Below, piece by piece: positions 53,017 through 63,376 of a DNA stretch of 64,000 bases. How positions within the stretch are numbered: position 1 is the first letter of the stretch; every line of letters begins with the position of its first letter. The stretch lies in contig JASFQK010000021.1 in assembly GCA_050115495.1 (NCBI GenBank), positions 32,001-96,000 on the forward strand, given 5' to 3'. The notes beneath the pieces were generated by a model. It saw nothing but the letters and a program-made list of their open reading frames with translations, was not told the DNA's origin and searched no databases. The position numbers were made by a program, and so were the translations under genes. The DNA is from Phycisphaerae bacterium (GTDB lineage: Bacteria; Planctomycetota; Phycisphaerae; UBA1845; Fen-1342).

Positions 53017-55857
53017 ATGAAGAATGTGATTGTCGTCGCTCTCACCGGCATGGTCGTGTGCATCGCCGCTGCCGCTGACGAGCCCGTGCGACCGTGGTTC
53101 ACCGAGGCGAACATCGCCGGCAGCCTGCAACTGCCGAAACCCGCCGACGCACCGGCGGCGGTGCCGGGCACGGCCGGCGAAGGCATCGGCCTCGATCAGC
53201 CGATGGGCATCGAAAACCCCCTCCTGAGTCGCGACAGCGGCTACATCGCCTTCTGGATTCAGCCGGAGTGGCGTGGCGATGACCGGCAGGCGCATCAGCT
53301 CGTGCGCATCGGCGATCCACAGCGTAACGGCCTGCTGATCGAGAAGGCGGCGACGGGCATGCTGCGCTTCGTCATGGCTTCGCCGGAAGGTGTAACCGTG
53401 GCCCGGACCGACGTGTCGTCCTGGCGGCCGGGGGAATGGCACCACGTCGTCGTGTCGTGGTTTTCGCGGGACGGCGTGCCGGTGGGCCTGCCGCTGTGGA
53501 TCGACCGTGTGGCCGTCGCCGGCCCGATCGCGGGCTACAACACGTTTCTCGATCCGGCGACGATGACCGACCGGCGAGTGTGGACCGGCGACGCGTCCGC
53601 CGACGCGACGATGGACGAGCTCATCTTCCGGCAGAAGCTCGACGTGGAGGGACCGTACGGGCAGTTGGCCATCGTGTATCGCGATTACTTCCGCACGGCG
53701 CCGTACACGGCGATACAGATCACGCCCGAGGCACTGCGCGTGCCGTCGGACCGTCGGGTCGTCGCCGGCCACGAGAAGCAGTTCGGGCTGCTGGCCCGCA
53801 TCGGCGATACGTTCACGCCGGTGACGGACTATGCGTTTCGCTATGGGCAGTGGGCCGAATTCGACGCCAAACCGTTCATCACGTGGCACATGTCCGACGA
53901 GACGATCGCCACGATCGACGAAGCCGGCATGGCAACCGGCCACGCCATCGGTCGCTGTCAACTGATCGCCGAGTTCCGCGGTTTGCGGGACACGTACGAC
54001 GTCGAGGTCATCTCGCCCGAACAGCCGGACCTCGTGCTCCAGTGGGTCGAGCGTCTGCCGCGGTACAAGGTCGATGCCATCAAAAACATGCCCGCGGTCG
54101 GCGACGATGTGGAGTCGGTGGTGCACGTCGAGAACTATGGTTACCAGGACGTGCCGGCGGGCACCGTCGTGCGTTTCGAGCTGATCCCCGACGCGAACCG
54201 CAACTTCGTCCTCGACGCCGATGAACAGGCCGTGGTTCGCGAGGAGAAGACCGTCGCGGCCGCCCTGCCACCGCGGACGCCGCAGGAAATCCGCTTCGCC
54301 TGGACGTGGCCGGCCGAACCGGTGTGGGTGCGTGTCACCCTCGATCCGGACAACGAGATCGCGGAGATCTGCGAGGCGAACAACCAGCGCTGTGAGCTGA
54401 ACATCGCCCGGCCGATGAAGTGGGGCTACGAAGGCAGCCGGCTCGAAGAGTGGTACAACGAGCGGAAGATCAACCACGTCGGCTCGTTCAGCCACTTCGA
54501 CTGGATCAACGCCCAGTGCGACCGCTTCAACGTGCTCCTGCGCGAGTCGGTCGAACCGACGACGACGCCGTGGGGCATCGAAGACGCCCTGCGCTCGGAC
54601 CAGTTCTTCGCCGCCATCGAGGGCGCCGAGTGGCACGAGCAGCCGTGGGAAAAGGCGAACGAGTGGTTTGACGGCGGCTTTCCCGTCGGCGAGACGGTCA
54701 ACCCCATGGCCATCGACGCCGCCGTCCTGCACGAGTATGGCCACACGTGCGTCGCTCTGCCCGATCTGTACGGCTACCCGGTGCGCGCCGCCAACGTCTT
54801 CTTGAAGGACGAGCAGGGCCGCGACTACGCCGGTTCGCCACTGCTGCCGGTGGTGAACAAGCACGGGCTGCTGCCGATGCCGTCGGCGGTGAAGGTACCG
54901 TGCAACGTCGGTTACTCGCCGCTGATGGACGGCGTGCACCTGTGGCTCCACCCCGCGCACGCCGGCCAGATCCAGTATTTCCGCGGCTTTCGCGGCGAGC
55001 GCTTCTGGGGCGTGCAGGGCCGGCTGATCCCGCTGCGCGAGAACATCATCCAGGTCTTCGACGTCGACGACCAGCCGCTGCCGGGGGCGGCCGTGTACGT
55101 CTACCACGTGGCGCAGACCAGATCGGCCGATGCGGTCGACAAGTACTTCGTCGATCGACCCAAGTTCATGGGACACACCGACGAGGCCGGGGCCTTCCGC
55201 ATCCCCATGCAGACGGACGAGGACTGGGACGACCCGGACACGGATGAGGTCGAGGGCGCCTTCCCGGTGTGGAGCCCGTTCGGCGGCGCGCCGCGCGACG
55301 CGGGCTATCCGTTCTACGACTCGGCGTTCACGCCGAATGTGTGGCGGGTTGAGGGGCTGCTCCTGGTGAAGGTCGTCAGCGGAACGCAGACCGAGTTCTC
55401 GTGGCTGTGCCTGACCGAGTTCAACGAGGCGTACTTCAGCGGCGACCGGTCGCGCGGCGTGTACCCGATCCGCACGAACATGCAGCCCACGCCCGGAGAG
55501 ACGCCGCTCGTGCGGCACGAGGTGCCGGCGGCCATCCGCGAGAAGAACCTGCTGCCGGTGGCCGTCGCTGATGAGCGCGTGAAGGTTGCCCCCGGCGAGG
55601 CGTTCCGGCTGGACGGCTCGCGCAGCAGCGATCCCGAGCAGCAACCGCTGATCTACCGCTGGTGCGCCCGCTCGTGGAACATCGAGCCGCGCTCGGGCGA
55701 CCAGGCCGTTCTCGAAGGCCGGGCGCCGGAGAAGCCCGGCGAGTATGAGTACTGCTTCTACGTGATTGACGGCTTGCGGGCGAGCGAGGCGGTGACGGTC
55801 ATCGTCGAGGTCGCCGGCGAGGATGAGACGTCCGCCCCGGGCGACGCCGTGGAGTGA
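53017..55857 (+). CDS. Exported multidomain zinc metalloprotease-like protein (LamG-like, Ig-like, CARDB-like, M6-like, PKD-like)
   Basis: Signal peptide; GEWHHVVVSW; LDPDNEIAEICEANN; HEYGHTCVALPDLY; LDGSRSSDPE. Confidence 0.78.
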   Translation: MKNVIVVALTGMVVCIAAAADEPVRPWFTEANIAGSLQLPKPADAPAAVPGTAGEGIGLDQPMGIENPLLSRDSGYIAFWIQPEWRGDDRQAHQLVRIGDPQRNGLLIEKAATGMLRFVMASPEGVTVARTDVSSWRPGEWHHVVVSWFSRDGVPVGLPLWIDRVAVAGPIAGYNTFLDPATMTDRRVWTGDASADATMDELIFRQKLDVEGPYGQLAIVYRDYFRTAPYTAIQITPEALRVPSDRRVVAGHEKQFGLLARIGDTFTPVTDYAFRYGQWAEFDAKPFITWHMSDETIATIDEAGMATGHAIGRCQLIAEFRGLRDTYDVEVISPEQPDLVLQWVERLPRYKVDAIKNMPAVGDDVESVVHVENYGYQDVPAGTVVRFELIPDANRNFVLDADEQAVVREEKTVAAALPPRTPQEIRFAWTWPAEPVWVRVTLDPDNEIAEICEANNQRCELNIARPMKWGYEGSRLEEWYNERKINHVGSFSHFDWINAQCDRFNVLLRESVEPTTTPWGIEDALRSDQFFAAIEGAEWHEQPWEKANEWFDGGFPVGETVNPMAIDAAVLHEYGHTCVALPDLYGYPVRAANVFLKDEQGRDYAGSPLLPVVNKHGLLPMPSAVKVPCNVGYSPLMDGVHLWLHPAHAGQIQYFRGFRGERFWGVQGRLIPLRENIIQVFDVDDQPLPGAAVYVYHVAQTRSADAVDKYFVDRPKFMGHTDEAGAFRIPMQTDEDWDDPDTDEVEGAFPVWSPFGGAPRDAGYPFYDSAFTPNVWRVEGLLLVKVVSGTQTEFSWLCLTEFNEAYFSGDRSRGVYPIRTNMQPTPGETPLVRHEVPAAIREKNLLPVAVADERVKVAPGEAFRLDGSRSSDPEQQPLIYRWCARSWNIEPRSGDQAVLEGRAPEKPGEYEYCFYVIDGLRASEAVTVIVEVAGEDETSAPGDAVE

Positions 55858-55890
55858 CCATACACCAACCCCGCCAGCGTAACCAGGAGG

Positions 55891-57897
55891 ATGAATATGC
55901 ACGCTGTGTATTCGGTCCGCCGCCGGGCTTTCGTAATCGTGTTGACCGTGGTGCTCCTCGGCCACGTTGGATTCGCCGCGGCCCAGACGGCCACGTCGCA
56001 GCCGGCGGTCCCCATGCGTACCGAACCCGCCAATGCCCTGCTCGAACGGCTGCTGCAACTGCCCGGGCAGTTCATGGTGCTCCAGAGCTCCAGCCACAAC
56101 AAGACCGGCAACAACGGCGATGAGAACTGGCCGCTCTACAAGGATGAGCATGGCGACGACGTGATCTTTGACGCCGCCGGTCCCGGTTGCGTGCGCAGCA
56201 TCTGGGGCACGCACTTCACCGATGACGCCGTGTTGAAGTTCTACTTCGACGGCGAAAGCGAGCCGCGCTATCGCGTGCGGGAGATCGACTTCTTCTCCGG
56301 GACGCATCCCGACTTCCCGCCGCCGCTGCTGTCGTATGAGCGGCGTGGGCACTACGACGTCGGCCTGGCCGGCAACAGCTTCCTGCCGATCCCGTACGCC
56401 AAGTCGCTCAGGATCTCGATCGAGGGCGAATCGCGGTTCTTCCACGTGCTGTACGAGACCTATCCGCACGGCACGCCGGTGGAGACGTTCACCGGCCGCG
56501 AGCAGCACCCGGCCTTGCTGGACAGCTTCGCGCGCCTGGGCGAGCCGCCCGTGGCCGACGACGGTCTGGAGGTGGTGGAAGTGGTCAGCGAGGAGAACCA
56601 TCCCGGCCACACCGTCACGCTGCTGAAACGCGAGGACGCCGCCGGGATCATCCGCCGGATTGAGTTCGAGGCCGACGGCTCGCCGGAGTTCTTCCGCGAG
56701 AGTCAGATTCGCGTGCGGTGGGACGGGCACGTGTACAACGACGTGCAGACGCCGATCGGCTTTCTGTTCGCCTGCCCGAACCAGGCGAGCGACGTGCGGA
56801 CGTTGCCTGTGCGAGTGGAGCCGCTGCCGGACGGGAGGGCGCGATTGACGTGCAACTTCCCGATGCCCTTCTGGCAGCAGGCGGAAATCGTCTGGCAGAA
56901 CAAGTCCAGCTATCGCCTGGGCCCGCTGACCGCCCGCATCTACATCGGCCCGAACGAGCTCGATCCGGCCCGCGGCACGTACTTCACCACGCTCTACCGT
57001 GCCGGCGAAACGACGTACGGACGGGACTGGCTGCTGTACGAGAGCCCGGGCACCGGCTGGTTCGTCGGTGTCGTGCAGAGCATGCAGAACGGCCACTACT
57101 GCGAGGGCGATGAGCACTTCTACATCGACGGCGCCATCTCGCCGCAGATCAACGGCACCGGCAGCGAAGACTACTTCCTCTCCTGCTTCTGGCCGAACCT
57201 GCTCTGGTGCAGCCCGTTCGCCTGCTGTGCCGACGATATCTACATACAGGGCGGCGGCCACATCTTCGGGGCGTATCGCATCCCCTCGGCGTACGCCCGG
57301 TTCCATCTCGAAGCCCCGATCCCGTTCCAGGCCGGCATCGACGCCCGCATTCAGCACGGCGGCCTAAGCCAGCTTCGCTCGGATTACCGCAGCCTGGCGT
57401 TCTGCTATCTGCGGCGGCGGCCGGCCATGCAGCAGACCGATTTCCTCGACGTGTCGAATACGGCGAGCGAGCGTGCGCACCAGTATGAGTGCACACCGCC
57501 GGCAACGGTTGTGGATCTGGAGGCCCGCCCGGAAGGCGCGTACTTCCATACGTCGCTCGCCGGCCGCGGCCGCCGGCACGAGGCGGGGGCGTCGATCTGC
57601 TTCACCGTCGCAGTGTCGCCGGACAACAACGGCGTTCGCCTCCGCCGGCGGCTGGACCAGGGCAGCCCTTGCCAGGCGGCGGATGTCTACGTCGACGGCC
57701 GGCTCGCCGGCACGTGGTACCACGGCTATCACAACGAGCATCTGCGCTGGTACGACGCCGACTTCGATCTACCCGTCGAGCTCACGCGTGACCGTCAGTC
57801 GCTCGCCATCCGGCTGGTCACGCGTAATGAGGCCGGCGGCGGCGAGTTCACCGATTTCTGCTACTGGGTCTATTGCTTCGAGCCGGTTGCCCGGTAG
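55891..57897 (+). CDS. DUF2961 / GH172-like exported protein
   Basis: GPGCVRSIW, FYFDGE, PIPYAKS, FPMPF, EGDE, GTGSEDYF; AGGAGG RBS. Confidence 0.85.
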   Translation: MNMHAVYSVRRRAFVIVLTVVLLGHVGFAAAQTATSQPAVPMRTEPANALLERLLQLPGQFMVLQSSSHNKTGNNGDENWPLYKDEHGDDVIFDAAGPGCVRSIWGTHFTDDAVLKFYFDGESEPRYRVREIDFFSGTHPDFPPPLLSYERRGHYDVGLAGNSFLPIPYAKSLRISIEGESRFFHVLYETYPHGTPVETFTGREQHPALLDSFARLGEPPVADDGLEVVEVVSEENHPGHTVTLLKREDAAGIIRRIEFEADGSPEFFRESQIRVRWDGHVYNDVQTPIGFLFACPNQASDVRTLPVRVEPLPDGRARLTCNFPMPFWQQAEIVWQNKSSYRLGPLTARIYIGPNELDPARGTYFTTLYRAGETTYGRDWLLYESPGTGWFVGVVQSMQNGHYCEGDEHFYIDGAISPQINGTGSEDYFLSCFWPNLLWCSPFACCADDIYIQGGGHIFGAYRIPSAYARFHLEAPIPFQAGIDARIQHGGLSQLRSDYRSLAFCYLRRRPAMQQTDFLDVSNTASERAHQYECTPPATVVDLEARPEGAYFHTSLAGRGRRHEAGASICFTVAVSPDNNGVRLRRRLDQGSPCQAADVYVDGRLAGTWYHGYHNEHLRWYDADFDLPVELTRDRQSLAIRLVTRNEAGGGEFTDFCYWVYCFEPVAR

Positions 57898-59837
57898 ACG
57901 CGAACCGTATAGCGGTTCTCGGGCTCGGTGTACTCGAACTCGAGATGGTAGCCCGAGTCGGGCGCGGCCAGAGTCGTATCCTCGGTCGAGCCGCCGTACG
58001 TAAGGACACACGCCACGTTGTCAGCCCGCAAGCCTGCCAGCCATTCGGCAGCGTTTTCGGCGCCGTAGGTCAATTCACTCAACGGGTAGTGAGGGTACGG
58101 CCACGGCCGCGCCGGCCGGAACTCGACCCGGTATGAGTAATGGCGGTCGTACAACAATCCGTGGAAATCGTAGATCGCCGAGATGAGCGTCCCGCCTGGC
58201 GGCATGAGGGCATACAACCGCCGCCGCGACGGCCCGTCGAGCCCGACGCCGTGTATGGCGTAATCCTCCACCGAACGCCGCGTGCGCTCCGACGAATCCG
58301 CCGAATCCGCCAGCGAGAGCTGCCAGCGACTTTGATTCCGCATGGGCCGGAGGCAGTGATACTGACCACAGGCAGTCAACCCGACCAGGGCCCATGGCAG
58401 CGCCTTGCGCATGGCCCCCGGCGACAGCTCCGCCAGTAGGCGTCCCAGGCTCAGTACGGCGGGGAGCAGGATCAGCAGCGCGTAGCGTGGGTGATTGAAA
58501 CTGGGCAGCGCCAGCACGCTCCAGGACAAAACGGCCAGGTACGCCCAGTGCAGGTCAAACCGATACACCAGCGTCACCGGCAGGACGAGCGCAGCGAGAA
58601 TCAGCGCCATGGCGAAGACCATGCCGAACCCGCCGGGCGAGTCCGTCGTCAGCGGCTCACCCCAGTCCAGCCAGTTCGTCACGTTGCGCTCGGCCACAGA
58701 GCGATCTGTCATCTTCTCCAGTGCGGGGGCCTTCATCGGACCCTTGAAGACTGTGTGGCCGCCCAGCTTCAGCTCCATCGGATACGTCGGCGAACCCCAC
58801 GTCAGGTACGTGCGCACGTAGGGCACGCTGGCCAGGGCCAGGGCCACCGTCGCCACCAGGCACCACTGGAATGCACCGGGCCGCGAACGCGGCGCCCCGG
58901 GCACGGACCGCCGCCACCAACCGACCACCGCCCGCACGAACACGTACGCAAACGTCAGACAGACGGCGACGATGGGCAGGAACTTCATCCACAGGGTTAA
59001 CGCCGCGCCGGCGGCGCACGGCACCGCGCTCGCCCAGCTCCAACCGCGGTCGCGTTCGGGCAGGGCAAAGGCGACCATCGCCGCCGACGTGCCAGCCACC
59101 GACAGGTCAATGTAGCCGATCGCGGCCAACAGCATGGCAACGGGGGCCGTGGGAACCAGTCCGGCGCACATGGCCGCCAGGCCGGCGTCAAGCTGCATCC
59201 GCCGACCCGCCACGTACGCGGCCAGAATGAACACGAAACCGAGGGTCGCGTTCACCGGGTGAAAGCCCGCGTCGGTATGCGTGAGCTGCAGCGTCCAGTA
59301 CCAGAGCAGCTCCACGCCGCGGGGGTACGAATCGGCCCAGACGGCGTCACTCTGCACCGGCCCGAGAAACCCATCCTGGTACGGCTGAACCGCCTGGGGC
59401 ACGTGGTAACCAAGTTCATCCCAGGCGCACGGCGAAGCCCAGAATCCGACGATCGCCGCCGCCGTGAAGCCGGCGACACCCAATACGAGGACGACAAGCG
59501 GCCCGAGCCACGCCGACCGGATCACCCGGCCCAGTCCGCAGGCCAGATCGCGACAGAACGCGAAGAAATCGCGCCACCAAACGACCATCAGCGTCAATCC
59601 GCCCAGCGAAAGCAGCCCCTGCACGATCCCGAGCGCGTCCAGTGGCCGTCCCGCCGGCAGCGAGCCGAGCGCCACGACCTCGACAATCAGCAGGACGGGA
59701 GTGAGCGTCAGCCCCGCCAGCAGCGCCTCGCTCGCCGGCATGCCCGGCCGTTTCCGCCGAAGGAACGTCGCGCAGGCGACCGTCATGGGCAGCAACAGCC
59801 CGACCAACCCCGCCAGCTTCAGTGCGATCAGCCCCAT
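57870..59837 (-). CDS. Polytopic membrane glycosyltransferase (GT-C, ArnT/PMT-like)
   Basis: Many TM helices; WDELGYH, YP..VE, YID, W.K, PRY motifs. Confidence 0.7.
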   Translation of the reverse strand: MGLIALKLAGLVGLLLPMTVACATFLRRKRPGMPASEALLAGLTLTPVLLIVEVVALGSLPAGRPLDALGIVQGLLSLGGLTLMVVWWRDFFAFCRDLACGLGRVIRSAWLGPLVVLVLGVAGFTAAAIVGFWASPCAWDELGYHVPQAVQPYQDGFLGPVQSDAVWADSYPRGVELLWYWTLQLTHTDAGFHPVNATLGFVFILAAYVAGRRMQLDAGLAAMCAGLVPTAPVAMLLAAIGYIDLSVAGTSAAMVAFALPERDRGWSWASAVPCAAGAALTLWMKFLPIVAVCLTFAYVFVRAVVGWWRRSVPGAPRSRPGAFQWCLVATVALALASVPYVRTYLTWGSPTYPMELKLGGHTVFKGPMKAPALEKMTDRSVAERNVTNWLDWGEPLTTDSPGGFGMVFAMALILAALVLPVTLVYRFDLHWAYLAVLSWSVLALPSFNHPRYALLILLPAVLSLGRLLAELSPGAMRKALPWALVGLTACGQYHCLRPMRNQSRWQLSLADSADSSERTRRSVEDYAIHGVGLDGPSRRRLYALMPPGGTLISAIYDFHGLLYDRHYSYRVEFRPARPWPYPHYPLSELTYGAENAAEWLAGLRADNVACVLTYGGSTEDTTLAAPDSGYHLEFEYTEPENRYTVRVYRATGSKQ

Positions 59838-60245
59838 CAGCCCTGTACCCCGGAGCCTGTGAAGCCGGGCACGCGCTCGCGTGTCTCCCTCTGCCGTGCT
59901 CCACGTCGCCGGCCGCCAATTGCCGGTCGGGCGCAGAGCGTACGCGCGACACGCGGCGGCGTAAAGCGCCGCGGGCACGGAGCGGTTCCGCACACAACGT
60001 CCACCAACAGAGGGACGCACCGGCGTGTCCAGACGACGCGGCGCCTCGGGATTGCCGGTGACTTTCGGGGACGATTTTTTCCCTCGAAACCGAGCACGAC
60101 GGCAGGAAGTGGTGGCTTCCGGTAGAAATGAGCGTGACCGGGGCCTAGAAGCCTCGCGGGCGATCGGACCTCATCCCAATTCTCTGGACCGTGCCGCCCG
60201 ATGCGGCACTCACATCTGCGCCTCACGCGCAACAGGAGAAAGAAG

Positions 60246-61346
60246 ATGGATTACACATGGAAGGTGCTTCTCGCGTCGCTTGTGGTCGTCGCGCTCTCGG
60301 CGGCCGTGCCCTTGTCAGCCGACATCATCGGCAGCGAGGGCGGCATCGTCGTGGCCAACCGGGCCAATGGATCGATCTCCATCATCGACGTGGCCACCAG
60401 CGGCGTGACCGACGTCGCGCTGCCCGCCGGCGACAACACCCCCGAACCGATGTATGTCGTGTTCTCCCCGGACAACAGCACGGTCTTCGTCGGCGACCGG
60501 GCCAACGACCGCGTGGTCGTCTTCGACGCCACGACGTTCGACGTGAACACGACGATCCCGACCGGCGCCGGCGTGTTCCACATGTGGGGCGAGCCGGGCA
60601 CCGGGCACCTGTGGGTCAACAACGACATCGACAAGACGGTGACCGACATCGACATGATCAGCTTCGGCGTCGTGAACACGTTCTCCACGCCGGTCGATCT
60701 GAACGACATGGGCGGCAAGCCGCACGACGTCATCCTCGACCCGAGCGGCCCCTACGCCTATGTCTCGATGCTCGGTCTGACCGGCGAGAACGACTACGTC
60801 CTCAAGTACGACACCAACACCTACGCCGAACTGGATCGCCAGGCGGTCGGCAAGGATCCGCACCTCTCGCTGTCGGCGGCGCATACGAAGCTGTACGTGC
60901 CGACGCAGGGCGGGGACGAAGTGACCATCCTCGACCGGGCCACGCTCGATCCGCTCATGCCAATCGCGGTGCCCAATGCCCACGGCGCCGTGACCTCCGC
61001 CGACGGATCGATCTTCTACACGACCAACATTGCCGGTGGCGGAACCGACGCCGTGTACGCCATCGACACCGCCACGGACACGATCCTGGACATCATCGAC
61101 ACACCTTTTGGCGTGCCGCACAACCTGGCCCTCTCGCCGGCGGGCGACCTGCTCTACGTCACGCACTCGGGCGGGACCAGCGACCAGGTCAGCATCATCG
61201 ACGTATCCACGCCGAACGATATGGATTACCTGACGTCGGTAACCGTCGGCTTCAACCCATTCGGCATCGGCACGGTGATCCCCGAGCCGTCGACGCTGCT
61301 GCTGTGCGCCGCCATCGCGGTGCCCCTGCTGCGCCGCCGATCATGA
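60246..61346 (+). CDS. YncE/YVTN-type beta-propeller with PEP-CTERM
   Basis: Repeated V..ID..T, PH motifs; IPEPSTLLLCAAIAVPLLRRRS. Confidence 0.9.
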   Translation: MDYTWKVLLASLVVVALSAAVPLSADIIGSEGGIVVANRANGSISIIDVATSGVTDVALPAGDNTPEPMYVVFSPDNSTVFVGDRANDRVVVFDATTFDVNTTIPTGAGVFHMWGEPGTGHLWVNNDIDKTVTDIDMISFGVVNTFSTPVDLNDMGGKPHDVILDPSGPYAYVSMLGLTGENDYVLKYDTNTYAELDRQAVGKDPHLSLSAAHTKLYVPTQGGDEVTILDRATLDPLMPIAVPNAHGAVTSADGSIFYTTNIAGGGTDAVYAIDTATDTILDIIDTPFGVPHNLALSPAGDLLYVTHSGGTSDQVSIIDVSTPNDMDYLTSVTVGFNPFGIGTVIPEPSTLLLCAAIAVPLLRRRS

Positions 61347-61353
61347 CGTAACC

Positions 61354-61411
61354 GCGGCATGCCGGCTGACCCCGGCCCGCGCGGCGGCGGGCCGGGGCGG
61401 CATGCCGGCTG
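61354..61411. terminator. GC hairpin flanked by direct repeats GCGGCATGCCGGCTG
   Basis: CCCCGGCCCGC...GCGGGCCGGGG at 61370-61397, immediately after the stop. Confidence 0.5.
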
Positions 61412-61573
61412 CGCCCCACCACCGCGATTCTGCCCGCCACCGAGGGGGAACCCACGCTGTACAACATGTTGGGAACTGCGCGCGCCGCCGGTCGGGCTTC
61501 ATTCTGGCGTGTCTCGCGGCTGCGTGCCGCCGGTGAGCATGGTGGCCGGCCGGGATCGGACGGGGACGTGTGC

Positions 61574-62233
61574 ATGGACAGCGACGATATATCGCCAACG
61601 GAGTCGGACCACCGCCTGGTGGTGCGCCGCTGGTGGTTACTCTTCGGGTGTGCCCTGCTCGTTTCGGTGCTGCCGCGCTGCGACGAACACACGAGCAATC
61701 TCACGTCGCCGAGCACGGGCGCGGGTCTCTCGCTGACTGTGCAGCGCATCGATCTAGGCCTGCCGCTGCTGGCCACGCGCTTCTATGTCTGCACTTGCTC
61801 CGCCCGCGACCCGCGCGGTGAGCGGCCCGCCACAGCCACCGAGGCTCGCGAAGTGACCCAGGTGGCGGCGGAGCAATTCGGCGCGGGCTACGGAATGTGC
61901 GGCATGGCCCACGAGATCTTCTCCGTGCGGGCAGACTGGGAGTTCTCGCTGGCGTTGCAGAGTGGGCCCACCGAGTGGTTCGTGAGCATGTCGTGGCCGC
62001 ACTGGATCGGCAACGTGCTCGCCTGCCTCCTGGTGGGCACGGCGATCTGGGCCCTGTTCGGCGGTTGGCGGCATTGGCCCCCCGCCGAACGAGTCCTGGA
62101 AGAACTCTGCCCGCAGTGCGGCTACGACCTGCGTGGGGCCGTATCCGCCCGTTGCAGCGAATGCGGGACGCCGATTCGGCGGGCGGCGCGCGTTTCTCCG
62201 CCGAACGTACCGGAGGCACGGGTGAGGCAGTAA
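61574..62233 (+). CDS. Membrane protein with a C-terminal zinc ribbon
   Basis: Two hydrophobic segments; CPQCGYDLRG...RCSECG. Confidence 0.75.
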   Translation: MDSDDISPTESDHRLVVRRWWLLFGCALLVSVLPRCDEHTSNLTSPSTGAGLSLTVQRIDLGLPLLATRFYVCTCSARDPRGERPATATEAREVTQVAAEQFGAGYGMCGMAHEIFSVRADWEFSLALQSGPTEWFVSMSWPHWIGNVLACLLVGTAIWALFGGWRHWPPAERVLEELCPQCGYDLRGAVSARCSECGTPIRRAARVSPPNVPEARVRQ

Positions 62234-62240
62234 GATGCAA

Positions 62241-62406
62241 GGCATGCTTCGCGAATCGCGACGTCGATGCGTCGAGCATGCCACGCCCGGCGGCGTGTGT
62301 GGCATGCCCAAGCTCTAAGGCGCGGGCATGTTCTTCCCGGCGTGAGGAGAAGACATGCCGGCGCCAGAGGCTTCAGCATGCCGCACTCCGGCTCAAGGCT
62401 CGCGGC
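62241..62406. repeat. Palindromic element family C (GGCATGCC-based), copy 1 plus a partial copy
   Basis: GTGGCATGCC.AAGC...GGCATGT...AGAAGACATGCCGGCGCC..AGGCTTC.GCATGCC.CACTCCG at 62299-62390. Confidence 0.8.
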
Positions 62407-62519
62407 CCGAAGCTGACGGCTGACGGCTATCCGACGACGTCCGGTACGGAGCCCGGACGCTGCAGGGACGTCGGCCGCGGGAGGCCGACGCTACGGGACC
62501 GCGTGTTTGGAGTTCGGCG

Positions 62520-63041
62520 ATGCGTTATGTCTCGCCTCACTGGTGGCCGGCCGCGCTGGCGGCGTATGCGTTGGCAGGCCTTGCGCTCGGCGCGGCGCAC
62601 GCCGGCTGGCCCATCCACACCGGCATCGGCGAGTCCGTCGTCTGGAATCTCTACGTGCTGCTGCCGGCCGCCAGCGTCACGATCTCTTTGCGGTATCCGC
62701 GTGGCTGGACCACGGTCGTCGGCACGCTCGGTGCGAGCATGGCTTGGTCGTGGGCCTACGCACACTTCTGCCCGCCGGGACCGTTTGTCGCGATGTTCTT
62801 GGTGTTCCTGGTTCCGGCCGGCTGGGTGCTGCAATGCATCTTCTGCGTGCTGGCGATGCTCATCATGGAGGACAGCCGCAAAGTCGGCCGTCCGCCGGAG
62901 CCACACCGCTGCCGCGGCTGCGGTTACCTGCTGATCGGCCTCACGGAGCCGCGCTGCCCCGAATGCGGACGGGTGTGTACCCTGCCGGCGGAGACCGTAC
63001 TGAGCGATGAAGCGGTCGATGCCGGCGACGGCGGGCGGTAG
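62520..63041 (+). CDS. 4-TM membrane protein with a C-terminal zinc ribbon
   Basis: GGAG RBS; CRGCGYLLIGLTEPRCPECG. Confidence 0.75.
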   Translation: MRYVSPHWWPAALAAYALAGLALGAAHAGWPIHTGIGESVVWNLYVLLPAASVTISLRYPRGWTTVVGTLGASMAWSWAYAHFCPPGPFVAMFLVFLVPAGWVLQCIFCVLAMLIMEDSRKVGRPPEPHRCRGCGYLLIGLTEPRCPECGRVCTLPAETVLSDEAVDAGDGGR

Positions 63042-63059
63042 ATTGCGGAAGGGCAGCGA

Positions 63060-63089
63060 GGCACTGGTGGACAAGCCACCAGTGGCACC
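63060..63089. repeat. Short REP-like palindrome
   Basis: CACTGGTGG-ACAAG-CCACCAGTG. Confidence 0.6.
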
Positions 63090-63225
63090 CGGCGCCGCGT
63101 GCGGAACACCAGCCATTGGCAGGTGCCACACTCCCATGCGGGCGAGGCGCCACAAGAAACCAGGTCGGTCCCGCGGCGAAGAGACACCAGCAGTCGCGGC
63201 CGCGTCGCAGGCCGAGAGACGCTGC

Positions 63226-63342
63226 CTCCGGCTCAAGGCTCGTGGCTCGCTGGGTGGCATGCCGAAGCGCAGCGCCGGCATGTCTTTCCCGACACGAGAA
63301 GAAGACATGCCGGCGCCCAAGGCTTCGGCATGCCACACTCCG
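63226..63342. repeat. Palindromic element family C, copy 2
   Basis: 63254-63342 matches 62299-62390; CTCCGGCTCAAGGCTCG block also shared. Confidence 0.8.
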
Positions 63343-63376
63343 AGAGACGTCCGGCATCCTGCCGCGCCGGGAGACG

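Noticed and set aside
52906..57357. 1483-aa minus-strand ORF
   Set aside because: Antisense shadow of two well-supported plus-strand genes; Arg/Val/Ala-rich with no motifs, as expected from GC3 bias
47696..63342. Classical integron attC array
   Set aside because: No integrase in the window, no RYYYAAC/GTTRRRY ends recognised, and genes are not uniformly oriented
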